Made by a program: the position numbers and the translations under genes. From Fontimonas sp. (GTDB lineage: Bacteria > Pseudomonadota > Gammaproteobacteria > Nevskiales > Nevskiaceae), in the NCBI GenBank assembly GCA_041592255.1, contig JBFHQK010000001.1:1-43318 (forward strand): a stretch of DNA of 43,318 nucleotides, given 5' to 3'. Below, in pieces: positions 18,737 through 29,395 of the stretch (positions are counted from its first letter, which is position 1; every line of letters begins with the position of its first letter). The notes under the pieces were generated by a model, which was not told the DNA's origin, made no database searches, and saw only the letters and a list, made by a program, of their open reading frames with translations.

Positions 18737-19531
18737 TCAGACCGCCACCGGCGCCTTGATGTGCGGCCAGGGATCGTAGTCGCGCAGCGTGAAGTCCTCG
18801 AAGCGGAATGCAAACAGATCGCTGACGTCGGGATTGAGCTGCAGCGTCGGCAGCGTACGCGGGGCGCGCGACAGCTGCAGCCGGGCCTGATCGAGATGAT
18901 TGAGGTAGAGATGGCAGTCGCCGCCGGTCCAGACGAAATCGCCCGGCTTCAGACCGGTGACCTGCGCAATCATCATCGTCAGCAGCGCATAGGACGCGAT
19001 GTTGAACGGTACGCCGAGGAAGATGTCGGCACTGCGCTGGTACAGCTGACAGGACAGATGCCCCTGCGCGACGTAGAACTGGAAGAACGCGTGGCAGGGC
19101 ATCAGCGCCATCTGGTCCAGTTCGCCGACGTTCCAGGCCGACACGATCAGACGCCGGGAGTCGGGGTTGCCGCGAATCTGATCGAGCAGCAGCTGGATCT
19201 GGTCGATGTGACGGCCGTCCGCGGTCGGCCACGAGCGCCACTGCTTGCCGTAGACCGGGCCGAGTTCGCCGTTTTCGTCCGCCCACTCGTCCCAGATGCT
19301 GACGCCGTGGTCCCTGAGATAGGCGACGTTGGTGTCGCCTTTCAGAAACCACAGCAGCTCGTGGATGATCGAGCGCAGATGGGTTTTCTTCGTCGTCACC
19401 AGCGGAAAGCCGTCGGTCAGCCGGAAGCGCATCTGATGCCCGAACACCGACAGCGTGCCGGTGCCGGTGCGGTCGGTCTTCTCCACGCCGTGTTCGAGGA
19501 CGTGGTGCATCATGTCGAGATACTGGCGCAT
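18737..19531 (-). CDS. thyA: Thymidylate synthase
   Basis: [43 protein letters not shown]. Confidence 0.98.
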   Translation of the reverse strand: MRQYLDMMHHVLEHGVEKTDRTGTGTLSVFGHQMRFRLTDGFPLVTTKKTHLRSIIHELLWFLKGDTNVAYLRDHGVSIWDEWADENGELGPVYGKQWRSWPTADGRHIDQIQLLLDQIRGNPDSRRLIVSAWNVGELDQMALMPCHAFFQFYVAQGHLSCQLYQRSADIFLGVPFNIASYALLTMMIAQVTGLKPGDFVWTGGDCHLYLNHLDQARLQLSRAPRTLPTLQLNPDVSDLFAFRFEDFTLRDYDPWPHIKAPVAV

Positions 19532-19616
19532 GCAGTCGGTCTACCATCGGAGCCTGGAGCGCCGGCGCATGTCCGGCGGATGGATTCTAGACTTTCCCAC
19601 TCCGGCTGACCTGTCC

Positions 19617-20159
19617 GTGACCCGAACGTTCCGCGTCGACACCCCACGCCTGCAGATCCGCGAATGGCAGCCGCACGACCGGCCGGGGCTGCAGCGCCTG
19701 ACCGACGATGCCGAGATGATGCGCTACATCACCGCTGGCGAGCCCTGGTCCACGGCGCGCATCGACGGCATGTTCGACCGCCAGGCGGCAAGCCTGCACA
19801 ACACCGGCCTGTGCGTCGGCGCGGTGTTCCTGCGCGAGACCGGCGAGTTGATCGGTATCGCCGGAGCCCAGCCGCTTGACCGCCTCGACGGCTTCGATCT
19901 GGCCTGGTGGATCTGGCGCGAGCACTGGGGCCGTGGCCTGGCAACCGAGGCGGCGGCTGCGGTGTGCCGGCACGCGCTGCAGCATGGCCTGCCGCGGGTG
20001 TACGCCTGCATCGATCCGGACAACCAGGCCTCGCTGGGTGTGGCGCGGAACATCGGCATGCGTCCTGCCGGCCGTTGCCGCGCCGATCAGACCGCGTCGT
20101 GGCGCCCACCGACCGACGTCCTGTTGTTCGTCGCCGGCGCCGATCCGCTCAGCCCTTGA
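19617..20159 (+). CDS. GNAT N-acetyltransferase (RimJ/RimL type)
   Basis: TPRLQIR, HWGRGLATEAA, DPDNQASLGVARNIGM. Start uncertain; GTG at 19617 chosen. Confidence 0.85.
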   Translation: MTRTFRVDTPRLQIREWQPHDRPGLQRLTDDAEMMRYITAGEPWSTARIDGMFDRQAASLHNTGLCVGAVFLRETGELIGIAGAQPLDRLDGFDLAWWIWREHWGRGLATEAAAAVCRHALQHGLPRVYACIDPDNQASLGVARNIGMRPAGRCRADQTASWRPPTDVLLFVAGADPLSP

Positions 20160-20538
20160 TCGCGCGGCTCGGATCCACGTCCGACGCCGGCACACCGCCA
20201 CGGATGCCCCAGTTGTCCGGTGGAATTTCACGCAGCACGACACGCACGTCCACCGCTGGCACGCCCAGCGCATCGAGATTGCGCACCATGGCCTGGTACA
20301 GCCGCCGCTTGGCCTCCAGCGAGCGGCCCGGAAACAGGTCGATCTCGATCAGCGTGAAATACTCGGAGCACTGCGGCATCACCGCGAAATCCCCGACGGC
20401 GAACACCTGCAGCCGGATGCAGCGGTCGTGCTCGGGGATCTTCAGCCCCTCGACCAGGGCCGCATGCACCGCTGCGATCAGCGCGGCGCGTTCGGACGCG
20501 GGCCAGTCGCGGCGCACCGAGATCAGCGTCGACGGCAT
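20149..20538 (-). CDS. Tautomerase-family protein (4-OT/MSAD-like)
   Basis: Begins M-P (catalytic Pro1); LFPGRSLEAKRRLY, NWGIRGG; TGATG overlap with the lgt stop. Confidence 0.87.
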   Translation of the reverse strand: MPSTLISVRRDWPASERAALIAAVHAALVEGLKIPEHDRCIRLQVFAVGDFAVMPQCSEYFTLIEIDLFPGRSLEAKRRLYQAMVRNLDALGVPAVDVRVVLREIPPDNWGIRGGVPASDVDPSRAIKG

Positions 20539-21320
20539 CAGCGCTTGCGGTAGGCCAGCGCCAGCAGCAGCAGGCCCGCCAGCCACATCGGCGCGCTGAG
20601 CACCATGCCCATCGTCAGCCAGCCGCTGCCGAGCAGATAGCCGATGTGCGCGTCGGGCAGACGCACGCATTCGACCAGCGTGCGGAACACGCCGTAGCCG
20701 AGCAGGAACAGACCGCCGACCGCCATCCGCGGCCGCGGCTTGCGCCCGAACCACCACAGGATCGCGAACAGCGCCAGGCCCTCGAGCGCCGCCTCATAGA
20801 GCATCGACGGATGGCGCGGCAGGCTGTCGACGCGCGGGAACACCATGCCCCAGGGCAGCGTGGTCGGCGCCCCCCACAGCTCGCCGTTGATGAAGTTGCC
20901 GATGCGCCCGGTGAACAGGCCGATCGGAATCATCGGCACCGCAAAGTCGCCGATGTCGAAATAGCGGAGCTTGTGCACATGCGCGAACCAGCCGATCGCC
21001 ACCAGCACGCCGATCAGCCCGCCATGGAAGGACATGCCGCCCTCCCAGACCCGCAGGATCACCAGCGGCTCGGCCAGAAAGCCCTTGAAGTTGTAGAACA
21101 GCGTATAGCCCAGACGGCCGCCGACGATCACGCCCATCACGCCGTAGAACAACAGGTCCGAGACGCGCTCGCGCGGCCAGCGGATGTGCGGCAACCGGGC
21201 GCGCTGCAGCCCGAACCACCAGAAGCCGAGAAAGCCGAGCAGGTACATCAGGCCGTACCAATGCACGGACAGCGGGCCCAGTCGCAACGCGACCGGATCG
21301 AAATCGGGATGAATGAGCAT
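20538..21320 (-). CDS. lgt: Prolipoprotein diacylglyceryl transferase
   Basis: HWYGLMY, GGRLGY, WEGGMSFHGG, GRIGNFINGELWG, RHPSMLYE. Start re-picked to the ATG at 21320. Confidence 0.97.
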   Translation of the reverse strand: MLIHPDFDPVALRLGPLSVHWYGLMYLLGFLGFWWFGLQRARLPHIRWPRERVSDLLFYGVMGVIVGGRLGYTLFYNFKGFLAEPLVILRVWEGGMSFHGGLIGVLVAIGWFAHVHKLRYFDIGDFAVPMIPIGLFTGRIGNFINGELWGAPTTLPWGMVFPRVDSLPRHPSMLYEAALEGLALFAILWWFGRKPRPRMAVGGLFLLGYGVFRTLVECVRLPDAHIGYLLGSGWLTMGMVLSAPMWLAGLLLLALAYRKR

Positions 21321-21345
21321 GGCGCGCGATTGTAGCCGCAGCCGG

Positions 21346-21696
21346 CTACAGGGCAACGCCCAGACGACGCAGCAGCACCGCAGTCAGCCCGTAGGCGGCG
21401 GCGGTTGACGCACAACTCAGCGTCAGACTGAGCCAGAAGCCGACGCCGGCGCGCAGCAGCACCGGCAGCAGCACGAACAGCAGCAGCGACGGCAGCACCA
21501 GCCAGAAGATTGAAGCCGACAGCGACGCCACCTGCGCCGCGTCGCCGGTGTCGCGGTAGAGCCAGACAAACGCCAGCAGCGAGGTCAGCGGCAGCGACGC
21601 GACCAGCGCGCCGAACAGGCTGCTGCGCCGCGCGATCTCCGACACCGCGACCACCACCGCGGCGCTGATCAGGAACTTCAGCGCCAGATAGACCAT
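21346..21696 (-). CDS. Small membrane protein, DUF3147-like
   Basis: KFLISAAVVVAVSEIARRS..GALVASLPLTSLLAFVWLY, SIFWLVLPSL; four hydrophobic segments. Start re-picked to the ATG at 21696. Confidence 0.75.
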   Translation of the reverse strand: MVYLALKFLISAAVVVAVSEIARRSSLFGALVASLPLTSLLAFVWLYRDTGDAAQVASLSASIFWLVLPSLLLFVLLPVLLRAGVGFWLSLTLSCASTAAAYGLTAVLLRRLGVAL

Positions 21697-21698
21697 CG

Positions 21699-22874
21699 TC
21701 AGCCGGCCAGCGCCCGGCAGTAGAAGGCCTTGAGATAGCGAGTCTCGGGAATCGCCGGATGCACCGGATGATCCGGTCCCTGCCCGCCCTGCTCGAGGAT
21801 CTGCAGGCGACGTGCGACCTGTCGCGACTCCCGCAGCAGCACGCGCTGCAGCGCATCGGCCTCCAGATGATGCGAACACGAGCAGGCGATGAGGATGCCG
21901 TCGGGACTCAGCAGCTGCAGCGCGGCGCGGTTGAGCGCGGCGTAGTGCTCAAGGCCGGCTTCGTAATCCTTGCGCCGCTTGATCAGCGCCGGCGGATCGA
22001 CGACGACGACGTCAAAGCTGCGACCGGCGGCCCGCAGCGCCTTCAGGCCGGCGAGCGCGTCGTCGCGGATTGTCTCCAGCGTCAGGCCGTTGAGCGCCGC
22101 ACTCGCCGCGGCGGCGTCGAGCGCCGGCTGCGAACTGTCGAGGCAGGTCACGCTCGACGCGCCATAGTGCGCGGCGCGCAGTGCCCACGCGCCGACATAG
22201 CTGAACACGTCGAGCACGCTGCGGCCGGCGACGTAGCGCCGCAGCCGCGTGCGGTTGTCGCGCTGATCGAAGAAGAACCCGGTCTTCTGCCCCGCCGCGA
22301 GATCGACCCGGTAGCGCAGCCCCTCTTCCTGCACCTCGACCTGATCCGGCACCTGACCGATGGTCTGACTGTCGGCTGACAGGCCTTCAAGCTCGCGCGC
22401 CGCGCTGTCGTTGCGCAGCACGATGCCGGAGGGCTGGACCACGGCCTGCAGCGCGGCCAGCAGCAGCGGCTTGAGGCGCTCCATGCCGGCGGTGGTGATC
22501 TGCACGACGCACACCTCGCCGTAGCGGTCGATCACCACGCCCGGCAGCCCGTCGGCTTCGCCATACACCAGCCGATAGTGCGGCTCGGGATACAGCCGCT
22601 GGCGCAGCGCCAGCGCCGCCTGCAGCCGGCGTTCGAACCAGGCCGCGTCGATCACCGCGCCGGCATCGCTGCTCAGCAAGCGGGCGGAAAGCAGCGTGCG
22701 TGGATTCACATAGCCGGTGCCCAGCGGCTTGCCGCGGCTGTCGACGACCCGGCACAGGCTGCCCGGCTCGATGGTGCGGAAGGTCTCGTCGGTATCGATC
22801 TCGTTCGAGTAGACCCACAGGTGGCCGGCGCGCAGCCGCCGCTCCTCGCGTGACTTGAGCTTGAGGGTCAGCAT
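21699..22874 (-). CDS. rlmI: RlmI-family SAM-dependent rRNA m5C methyltransferase
   Basis: PUA-like GHLWVYSNEI, GEADGLPGVVIDRY, GQKTGFFFDQRDNR, VLDVFSYVG, VVVDPPA, ETRYLK. Confidence 0.9.
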   Translation of the reverse strand: MLTLKLKSREERRLRAGHLWVYSNEIDTDETFRTIEPGSLCRVVDSRGKPLGTGYVNPRTLLSARLLSSDAGAVIDAAWFERRLQAALALRQRLYPEPHYRLVYGEADGLPGVVIDRYGEVCVVQITTAGMERLKPLLLAALQAVVQPSGIVLRNDSAARELEGLSADSQTIGQVPDQVEVQEEGLRYRVDLAAGQKTGFFFDQRDNRTRLRRYVAGRSVLDVFSYVGAWALRAAHYGASSVTCLDSSQPALDAAAASAALNGLTLETIRDDALAGLKALRAAGRSFDVVVVDPPALIKRRKDYEAGLEHYAALNRAALQLLSPDGILIACSCSHHLEADALQRVLLRESRQVARRLQILEQGGQGPDHPVHPAIPETRYLKAFYCRALAG

Positions 22875-23809
22875 CAGCAGGCGAGCTCGTAGCGGAATTC
22901 ATTGCGGAAGCGCTCGCGGAATTCGTCCGGATGGAAACGATGGTTCTGCGTGCCGGGCCGCTCGATGTTGTACGCGCCCATCAGCGCGGCGACGCGTCCG
23001 GTGGTGTCCCAGTCCATGCCCTGGAGCAGACCGTAGAGCAGCCCGCCGCGGAAGGCGTCGCCGCAGCCGGTCGGGTCGGTCAGCGAGTCGGCCTTGGCGC
23101 AGGGAATGTCGTGCACCTTGCGCCCGACATGGATGTGCGAACCCTTGCCGCCGCGGGTGACGATCAAGGCCTCGACGCGCTCGGCGATGTCCTTGAGCGT
23201 CCAGCCGGTGCGGTCCATCAGCAGTTCGGACTCATAATCGTTGACGGCGACGTAGCTGGCCTGCTCGATGAAGGCCTTGAGCTCCTCGCCGGTGAACATC
23301 GGCAAGCCCTGCCCGGGATCGAACAGGAACGGAATGCCGGCCTCCGCGAACTGGCGCGCGTGCTTGATCATGCCCTCGCGCCCGTCGGGCGACACGGTGC
23401 CGATCTTCACCCCCGCGGCCGGCACGTCCTGGATGTGGGCGTGGTTCATGGCACCGGGGTGGAACGCGGTGATCTGGTTGTCGTCGAGATCGGTGGTGAT
23501 GTAGGCCTGCGCGGTGTAGGTGTCCGCCACCGGCTTGACGTACTCGCGCGAGATGTCGAGGCGGTCCATCCACTCGGCATAGCGGTCGAAGTCCTTGCCG
23601 ACCGTCCCCATCGGCAGCGCCTCGCCGCCGAGCAGCTTGAGGTGGTAGGCGATATTGCCGGCCGTGCCGCCGTACTCGCGGCGCAACTGCGGCACCAGAA
23701 AGGCGACATTGAGGATGTGCACCTTGTCCGGCAGGATCTCGTTCTTGAAGCGTCCCGGGAACACCATGATGGTGTCGTAGGCCAAGGACCCGCAGATCAG
23801 CGCTGACAT
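22874..23809 (-). CDS. PfkB-family carbohydrate/nucleoside kinase (adenosine kinase-like)
   Basis: ICGSLAYDTIM, GGTAGNIAY, FDPGQGLP, DPTGCGDAFRGG. Start re-picked to the ATG at 23809. Confidence 0.92.
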   Translation of the reverse strand: MSALICGSLAYDTIMVFPGRFKNEILPDKVHILNVAFLVPQLRREYGGTAGNIAYHLKLLGGEALPMGTVGKDFDRYAEWMDRLDISREYVKPVADTYTAQAYITTDLDDNQITAFHPGAMNHAHIQDVPAAGVKIGTVSPDGREGMIKHARQFAEAGIPFLFDPGQGLPMFTGEELKAFIEQASYVAVNDYESELLMDRTGWTLKDIAERVEALIVTRGGKGSHIHVGRKVHDIPCAKADSLTDPTGCGDAFRGGLLYGLLQGMDWDTTGRVAALMGAYNIERPGTQNHRFHPDEFRERFRNEFRYELAC

Positions 23810-23894
23810 GTTGGATGACTCACTGGTGTGGCGCGCGCGACCGTCCCGGCCGCGCCGCAGTGGATAAGCAATCTGAAAGCCGATTCTCCGGCGC

Positions 23895-24254
23895 TCAGCC
23901 GAGGAGTACCAGCCCCCAGACCAAAGGAACCTGCAGCAGCGACACATGCACCGCCGCCGAGCCGAGATCCTTCGCGCGTCCCGACAGCTCGTGCCGCTCG
24001 GTGCCGATGCGGTCGACAACGACTTCAACGGCGGTGTTCAGCAGTTCCGTGATCAGCACCACGAGCAGACTGAGCATCAACAGTGCGCGCTGCACGCCGG
24101 TGTCGCCCAGCCACAGCCCCAGCGGCGCAAGCACCAACACCAGGCACGCCTCGATGCGGAACGCCTCCTCGGCGCGCAGCGCCCAGCCCAGCCCGAGATA
24201 CGACACCCGCGTCGCGCGCAGCAGGCGCGGCCAGCCCTGGATTCCATCCGCCAT
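23895..24254 (-). CDS. dgkA: Diacylglycerol kinase
   Basis: EEAFRIE, ELLNTAVEVVVDRIG.ERHELSGRAKDLGSAAV. Start re-picked to the ATG at 24254. Confidence 0.95.
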   Translation of the reverse strand: MADGIQGWPRLLRATRVSYLGLGWALRAEEAFRIEACLVLVLAPLGLWLGDTGVQRALLMLSLLVVLITELLNTAVEVVVDRIGTERHELSGRAKDLGSAAVHVSLLQVPLVWGLVLLG

Positions 24255-24268
24255 GTCGCGACGCTCCG

Positions 24269-25729
24269 TCAGACCACCGGCTGCCAGCGCAGGTCGAGCT
24301 GACGCGCCGCGCGCACGTCGTCGAGACGGCGCACCGGCATCGTGTACGGCGCGCCCTTGACCTTGCCGATGTCCAGCTTGGCCTCGTCCCAGATCGCGAC
24401 CAGCGCGTCGACGAAGGCGTCCAGCGTCTCCTTGTCCTCGGTTTCGGTCGGCTCGATCAGCAGGCACTCGGGCACCAGCAGCGGGAAGTAGATCGTCGGC
24501 GCATGGAAGCCGTAGTCGAGCAGGCGCTTGGCGACGTCGGTCGCGGTCAGTTCGATCTCGGCTTTCTGCTTCTTCAGCGTGACGATGAACTCGTGGCTCG
24601 CACGCCGGCGGGGAAACGCCAGATCGAAACCCTTCTCCTTGAGCCGCGCCGCCAGATAGTTGGCGTTGAGGGTGGCGAACTCGCCGACCCGGTGCATGCC
24701 GTCGCGGCCGAGCATGCGCGCGTAAACGTAGGCACGCAGCAGCACGCCCGCATTGCCCATCCACGCCGACAGCCGGCCGATGGTCTGCGGCAGGTCGCGC
24801 TCGTCGAGCCAGCGGTAGCGGTCGCCGGCCTTGCCCACCACCGGAATCGGCATGAACGGCTTGAGGCGTTCGGACACGCCGACCGCACCCGCACCCGGAC
24901 CGCCGCCGCCATGCGGCGTCGAGAAGGTCTTGTGCAGGTTCATGTGGATGACGTCGAAGCCCATGTCCCCCGGCCGCACCTTGCCCAGGATCGCATTGAG
25001 GTTGGCGCCGTCGTAATACAGCAGGCCGCCGGCCTCGTGGACGATGCCGGCGATTTCCTTGATGCGGCGTTCGAACACGCCGAAGGTCGACGGGTTGGTC
25101 AGCATGATGCCGGCGGTCTGCGGACCGACCGCAGCGCGGAGCGCCTCGACGTCGACGTCACCGTCGGCATTGGTCGGGATCTCGCGCACCGTGCAGCCCA
25201 GCATCGCTGCGGTCGCCGGATTGGTGCCGTGCGCGGCGTCGGGCACCAGGATCTCGGTGCGCGCATGATCGTTGCGGGCGCGATGGTAGGCGCTGATCAT
25301 CGCCACGCCGGCGAACTCGCCCTGCGCGCCGGCCATCGGCGTCAGCGACACGCCGGCCATGCCGGTGACATCCCTGAGCATCTCCTGCAATTCGTACATG
25401 CAGGCGAGGAAGCCCTGCGAGTGCGATTCCGGCGCCAGCGGATGGCGGGCGAGAAACTCGGGCAGCATCGCCAGCCGGTTACAGGCCCGCGGGTTGTACT
25501 TCATCGTGCACGAACCCAGCGGGTAGAAGTGCGTGTCGATCGAGAAGTTCTTCTGCGACAGGCGGGTGAAATGACGCACCGCCTGCATCTCCGAGACTTC
25601 CGGCAGCAGCGGCGTGTCGGTGCGGCGCAGCGCGGGCGGAATGCCGGACACGTCGACGCCGCAGCCGGGGTTCTGTGCCGCCGCGACGCGGCCGGGACGG
25701 GACACTTCAAAAATCAGTTTTTCGGTCAT
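24269..25729 (-). CDS. gcvPB: Glycine dehydrogenase subunit 2
   Basis: [39 protein letters not shown] (PLP lysine), IEPTETE. Confidence 0.97.
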   Translation of the reverse strand: MTEKLIFEVSRPGRVAAAQNPGCGVDVSGIPPALRRTDTPLLPEVSEMQAVRHFTRLSQKNFSIDTHFYPLGSCTMKYNPRACNRLAMLPEFLARHPLAPESHSQGFLACMYELQEMLRDVTGMAGVSLTPMAGAQGEFAGVAMISAYHRARNDHARTEILVPDAAHGTNPATAAMLGCTVREIPTNADGDVDVEALRAAVGPQTAGIMLTNPSTFGVFERRIKEIAGIVHEAGGLLYYDGANLNAILGKVRPGDMGFDVIHMNLHKTFSTPHGGGGPGAGAVGVSERLKPFMPIPVVGKAGDRYRWLDERDLPQTIGRLSAWMGNAGVLLRAYVYARMLGRDGMHRVGEFATLNANYLAARLKEKGFDLAFPRRRASHEFIVTLKKQKAEIELTATDVAKRLLDYGFHAPTIYFPLLVPECLLIEPTETEDKETLDAFVDALVAIWDEAKLDIGKVKGAPYTMPVRRLDDVRAARQLDLRWQPVV

Positions 25730-25805
25730 GGGTAATCCTTGTCACACGCCCGGACGCTGAGGCGGCCGCAGCGGGCCGCCGTGAGCCGGGGTGCGTTGCC
25801 TTGTT

Positions 25806-26306
25806 TCAAGCCAGTGCCTTGAGCACTGCGTCGTAGTCCGGCTCGTTGGCGATTTCGGCGACCAGCTCCGAGTAGATCACGCGATCGTTCTCATCCAGGA
25901 CGATGACCGCGCGCGCCGTCAGCCCGGCCAGCGGGCCGGTCTCGATGCGCACGCCATAGTCCTCGGCAAAGCGGTAGCCGCGCATCAGCGACAGCGTCAC
26001 CACCCGGTCGAGGCCTTCGGCGCCGCAGAAACGCTTCTGCGCGAACGGCAGGTCGGCCGAGATGCACAGCACCACCGCATTGGACAGCGCCGCCGCCCGC
26101 TGGTTGAACTGGCGCACCGACATCGCGCAGGTCGCGGTGTCGAGTGACGGAAAAATGTTGAGCACCTTGCGCTTGCCGGCGAAATCGTGGAGCGCGACAT
26201 CCTTCAGGTCGGCGCCGACCAGGCGGAAGCCCGGCACGTCGCTGCCGATCGCCGGCAGCTCGCCGCTGGTCTGCACCGGCGCGCCCTTCAACGTGATGTT
26301 GGCCAT
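25806..26306 (-). CDS. tpx: Thiol peroxidase (atypical 2-Cys peroxiredoxin)
   Basis: [44 protein letters not shown]. Confidence 0.96.
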   Translation of the reverse strand: MANITLKGAPVQTSGELPAIGSDVPGFRLVGADLKDVALHDFAGKRKVLNIFPSLDTATCAMSVRQFNQRAAALSNAVVLCISADLPFAQKRFCGAEGLDRVVTLSLMRGYRFAEDYGVRIETGPLAGLTARAVIVLDENDRVIYSELVAEIANEPDYDAVLKALA

Positions 26307-26324
26307 GCGAGTCTCCTCTCCGGT

Positions 26325-27689
26325 TCAGGTCGCGGACAACGCGTCGGCGAGTGCCGCGCGATAGGCCTCGATGTCCGCGTCGGTCTTGGTCTCGGTGGCG
26401 CACACCAGCAGCGCGTGACCGAGCTCGGGGTAGTGCCGCGACAGATCAAAGCCGCCGAAGATGTCGCGCTTGGACAGCGCCTCGAGCACCGGCGCCACCG
26501 GCCGGGGCAGGCGGATCACCGCTTCATGGAAGCGTGGCGCGGTGAATACCGCCTCGACGCCGCCGATCGACGTCAGCGCCTTCACCAGCGTGCGCGTGTT
26601 GGCCATGCAGGCCGAAGCCACCTGCGCCAGCCCCTGCGGGCCCAGCAGCGACATGTGGATCGTCGCCGCGGTCACCAGCAGGCCCTGGTTGGTGCAGATG
26701 TTGGACTTGGCCTTGGCGCGGCGGATGTGCTGTTCGCGCGCCTGCAGCGTCAGCGTGAAGCCCGGCTTGCCGTCGAGATCGACCGTGCGCCCGACGATGC
26801 GTCCCGGCATCTCGCGCACCAGCCCCATCTTGGTGGTCAGGAAGCCGAAATACGGCCCGCCCGAGGACAGCGGCGCGCCCAGCGGCTGGCCGTCACCGCA
26901 GACGATGTCGGCGCCATTGCGACCCCATTGCCCCGGCGGCTTGAGCAGCGCCAGCGACACCGGATTGACCACCGCGACGACGAGCGCGTTCTGCGCATGC
27001 GCCCAGTCGGTCAGCGCGTCGACATCCTCGAGCTGGCCGAAGAAGTTCGGCTGCTGGATCACGACCGCGGTCAGATCCTGGCCCGCGTAGGGCTTGAGCG
27101 CATCGAGCAGCGTCGTGCCGGACGCCGGGTCGTAATCGACGGTGATCGGCTGCACGTTCTGCGCACGCGCGGTGCCGTGGACGACGTCGACGTAGTACGG
27201 ATGCACGGTGCGCGGCATCAGCACGCGGCCGGACGAATTCTTGCGGTTGGCGCGCAGCGCCATCAGCAGCGCCTCGCCCAGCGCCGAGGCGCCGTCATAC
27301 ATCGACGCGTTCGACACTTCCATGCCGGTGAGCCCGCAGATCATCGTCTGGTACTCGTAGAGCACCTGCAGCGTGCCCTGGCTCGCTTCGGCCTGATACG
27401 GCGTGTAGGCGGAATAGAACTCGCCGCGCGTCGTGATTTCCCACACCGCCGCCGGAATGTGATGCTCGTAGGCGCCGGCGCCGATGAAGTTCAGCGCCAG
27501 TCCGTCCTGCTCCGCACGCTGGTGCATCAGCTGGGTGACCTGCATCTCCGGCAGGCCCTCGGGCACCGCCCTGAGCGGTCCGCAGCGCAGCGAAACGGGG
27601 ATCTCGTCGAACAGCGCGTCGATGCCCGGCGCGCGGATCGCGGCGAGCATGTCCTTCACATCGGCTTCGGTGTGGGGAATGAATGGCAT
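26325..27689 (-). CDS. gcvPA: Glycine dehydrogenase subunit 1
   Basis: [46 protein letters not shown]. Confidence 0.97.
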   Translation of the reverse strand: MPFIPHTEADVKDMLAAIRAPGIDALFDEIPVSLRCGPLRAVPEGLPEMQVTQLMHQRAEQDGLALNFIGAGAYEHHIPAAVWEITTRGEFYSAYTPYQAEASQGTLQVLYEYQTMICGLTGMEVSNASMYDGASALGEALLMALRANRKNSSGRVLMPRTVHPYYVDVVHGTARAQNVQPITVDYDPASGTTLLDALKPYAGQDLTAVVIQQPNFFGQLEDVDALTDWAHAQNALVVAVVNPVSLALLKPPGQWGRNGADIVCGDGQPLGAPLSSGGPYFGFLTTKMGLVREMPGRIVGRTVDLDGKPGFTLTLQAREQHIRRAKAKSNICTNQGLLVTAATIHMSLLGPQGLAQVASACMANTRTLVKALTSIGGVEAVFTAPRFHEAVIRLPRPVAPVLEALSKRDIFGGFDLSRHYPELGHALLVCATETKTDADIEAYRAALADALSAT

Positions 27690-27734
27690 GGTGGTTCGTG
27701 TTACGCGAATTACGGGCGGTGCAGGCGTCAGGCC

Positions 27735-28124
27735 TTACAGCGTCTTCAGATAGGCCTCGTAGCCGGCGGCATCGAGCAGCGCGTCGAGCTCCGCCGCGCT
27801 GGCCGGCTTGAGCTTCCACATCCAGCCGGCGCCGTACGGATCGCTGTTGAGGATTTCCGGGCTGCTGCCCAGCGTCTCGTTGGCGGCAATCACCTCGCCG
27901 GCCACCGGCGCGTAGACGTCGGAGGCGGCCTTGACCGACTCGACCACCGCGCAGGCTTCGTTGGCGGCGAGCTTGCGGCCGATGGCCGGCACCTCGACGA
28001 ACACCAGATCGCCCAGCGCGGCCTGCGCATGGTCGGTGATGCCGATCGTCACCGTGCCGTCGGCTTCACGCCGCAGCCATTCGTGCGATTTGACGTACTT
28101 CAGTTCCGCGGGGACCTTGCTCAT
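27735..28124 (-). CDS. gcvH: Glycine cleavage system H protein
   Basis: [35 protein letters not shown] (lipoyl Lys). Start re-picked to the ATG at 28124. Confidence 0.97.
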   Translation of the reverse strand: MSKVPAELKYVKSHEWLRREADGTVTIGITDHAQAALGDLVFVEVPAIGRKLAANEACAVVESVKAASDVYAPVAGEVIAANETLGSSPEILNSDPYGAGWMWKLKPASAAELDALLDAAGYEAYLKTL

Positions 28125-28146
28125 GTTCTGCTCCCTAGTGATGCGA

Positions 28147-29232
28147 TCAAACCAAAACCTTGCCCTGGCGCACGAACGGCGGCCGGACGATGCGTGCCGC
28201 GACCCACTGGCCGCGGATCTCGACCTCGCACGCGCCGGCGGCGGCGGCATCGACGCGGGCGAATCCGATCGACTGCTTCATCGACGGCGCGAAACCGCCG
28301 CTGGTGGTCTCGCCGCCGCTGCCGTCGGCGAAGCGCAGCTTCATGTGCGCGCGCATGATGCCGCGACCTTCGAGCACCAGACCGACCAGCTTGCGCGGCG
28401 AGGCCGTGCGCAGCGGCGCGATCGCCGTGCGGCCGATGAAGTCACGCTCCGCCGGCTCCCAGGCCACGGTCCAGCCCAGGCCGGACTCCAGCGGCTGCGT
28501 CGACTCGTCCATGTCCTGGCCGTAGAGGTTCATGCCGGCTTCCAGGCGCAGCGTGTCGCGCGCGCCCAGCCCGCAGGGCGTGACGCCGGCAGCGAGCAGC
28601 TGCGTCCACAGTGCCACCAGCGCCGCATGCGGCAGGATCAGCTCGAAGCCGTCCTCGCCGGTATAGCCGGTGCGCCCGACGAAGAGCTCGCCGTCGTGCG
28701 CGGCCTGGAACGGCACCAGCGCCTCGGCCGGCGCGCGCAGCGCCGCGGGCAGCAGCGGCAGAGTCCTGGCCCGCGCCTCGGGGCCCTGCACCGCGAGAAT
28801 CCCCAGATCGGTCCGGTGCCGCACCTCGACGCCAAAGTCGGCGGCCTGGCGGCGGATCCACGCCAGATCCTTGTCCGTGGTGCCGGCATTGACCACCAGC
28901 CGGAACCAGTCCTCGGCGAGGAAGTAGACGATCAGGTCGTCGATGATGCCGCCGTCTTCGCGCAGCATGCAGCTGTACAGCGCCTTGCCCGGCAGCGTCA
29001 GCCGGGCGACGTCGTTGGCGAGCAGACGGCGCAGGAACGCGCGCGTGCGCGGGCCGTGCAGGTCCACCGCGGCCATGTGCGCCACATCGAACATGCCGGC
29101 GCGCTGGCGCACGGCATGATGCTCGTCGAGTTGCGAGGCGTACTGGATCGGCATGTCCCAGCCGGCGAAATCGACCAGGCGGGCACCGAGGCGCTGGTGC
29201 TCGGCGTGCAGGGCAGTCTGTTTGAGCGTCAA
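28147..29232 (-). CDS. gcvT: Glycine cleavage aminomethyltransferase T
   Basis: [42 protein letters not shown]. Probable TTG start at 29232 after GGAG (alternative ATG at 29244). Confidence 0.96.
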   Translation of the reverse strand: MTLKQTALHAEHQRLGARLVDFAGWDMPIQYASQLDEHHAVRQRAGMFDVAHMAAVDLHGPRTRAFLRRLLANDVARLTLPGKALYSCMLREDGGIIDDLIVYFLAEDWFRLVVNAGTTDKDLAWIRRQAADFGVEVRHRTDLGILAVQGPEARARTLPLLPAALRAPAEALVPFQAAHDGELFVGRTGYTGEDGFELILPHAALVALWTQLLAAGVTPCGLGARDTLRLEAGMNLYGQDMDESTQPLESGLGWTVAWEPAERDFIGRTAIAPLRTASPRKLVGLVLEGRGIMRAHMKLRFADGSGGETTSGGFAPSMKQSIGFARVDAAAAGACEVEIRGQWVAARIVRPPFVRQGKVLV

Positions 29233-29300
29233 AGGGCACTCCATAGGCGGTACACACGGGCGAGCCGCTTCGCAGCGGCCCATCGGATCCGGCTCACCCG

Positions 29301-29388
29301 CCCCTCTGTCCCTTTGACCTGAAAGTTCGGAAGCGGCGAGCGCTTCTGCCTCTTCGGCGGCCGGCGCGGGCCGGCTCTCTCCAGAGTA
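29301..29388 (-). promoter_or_regulatory. Glycine riboswitch, aptamer 2
   Basis: Minus strand CTCTGGAGAGAGCCGGC...GCCGGCCGCCGAAGAGGCA...AACTTTCAGGTCAAAGGGACAGAGGGG, directly upstream of gcvT. Confidence 0.92.
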
Positions 29389-29395
29389 AAACCAC

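Noticed and set aside
25745-25795. GC-rich stem-loop between tpx and gcvPB as a REP element
   Set aside because: No second copy seen in the window and no REP-type tetranucleotide foot; could be chance folding.
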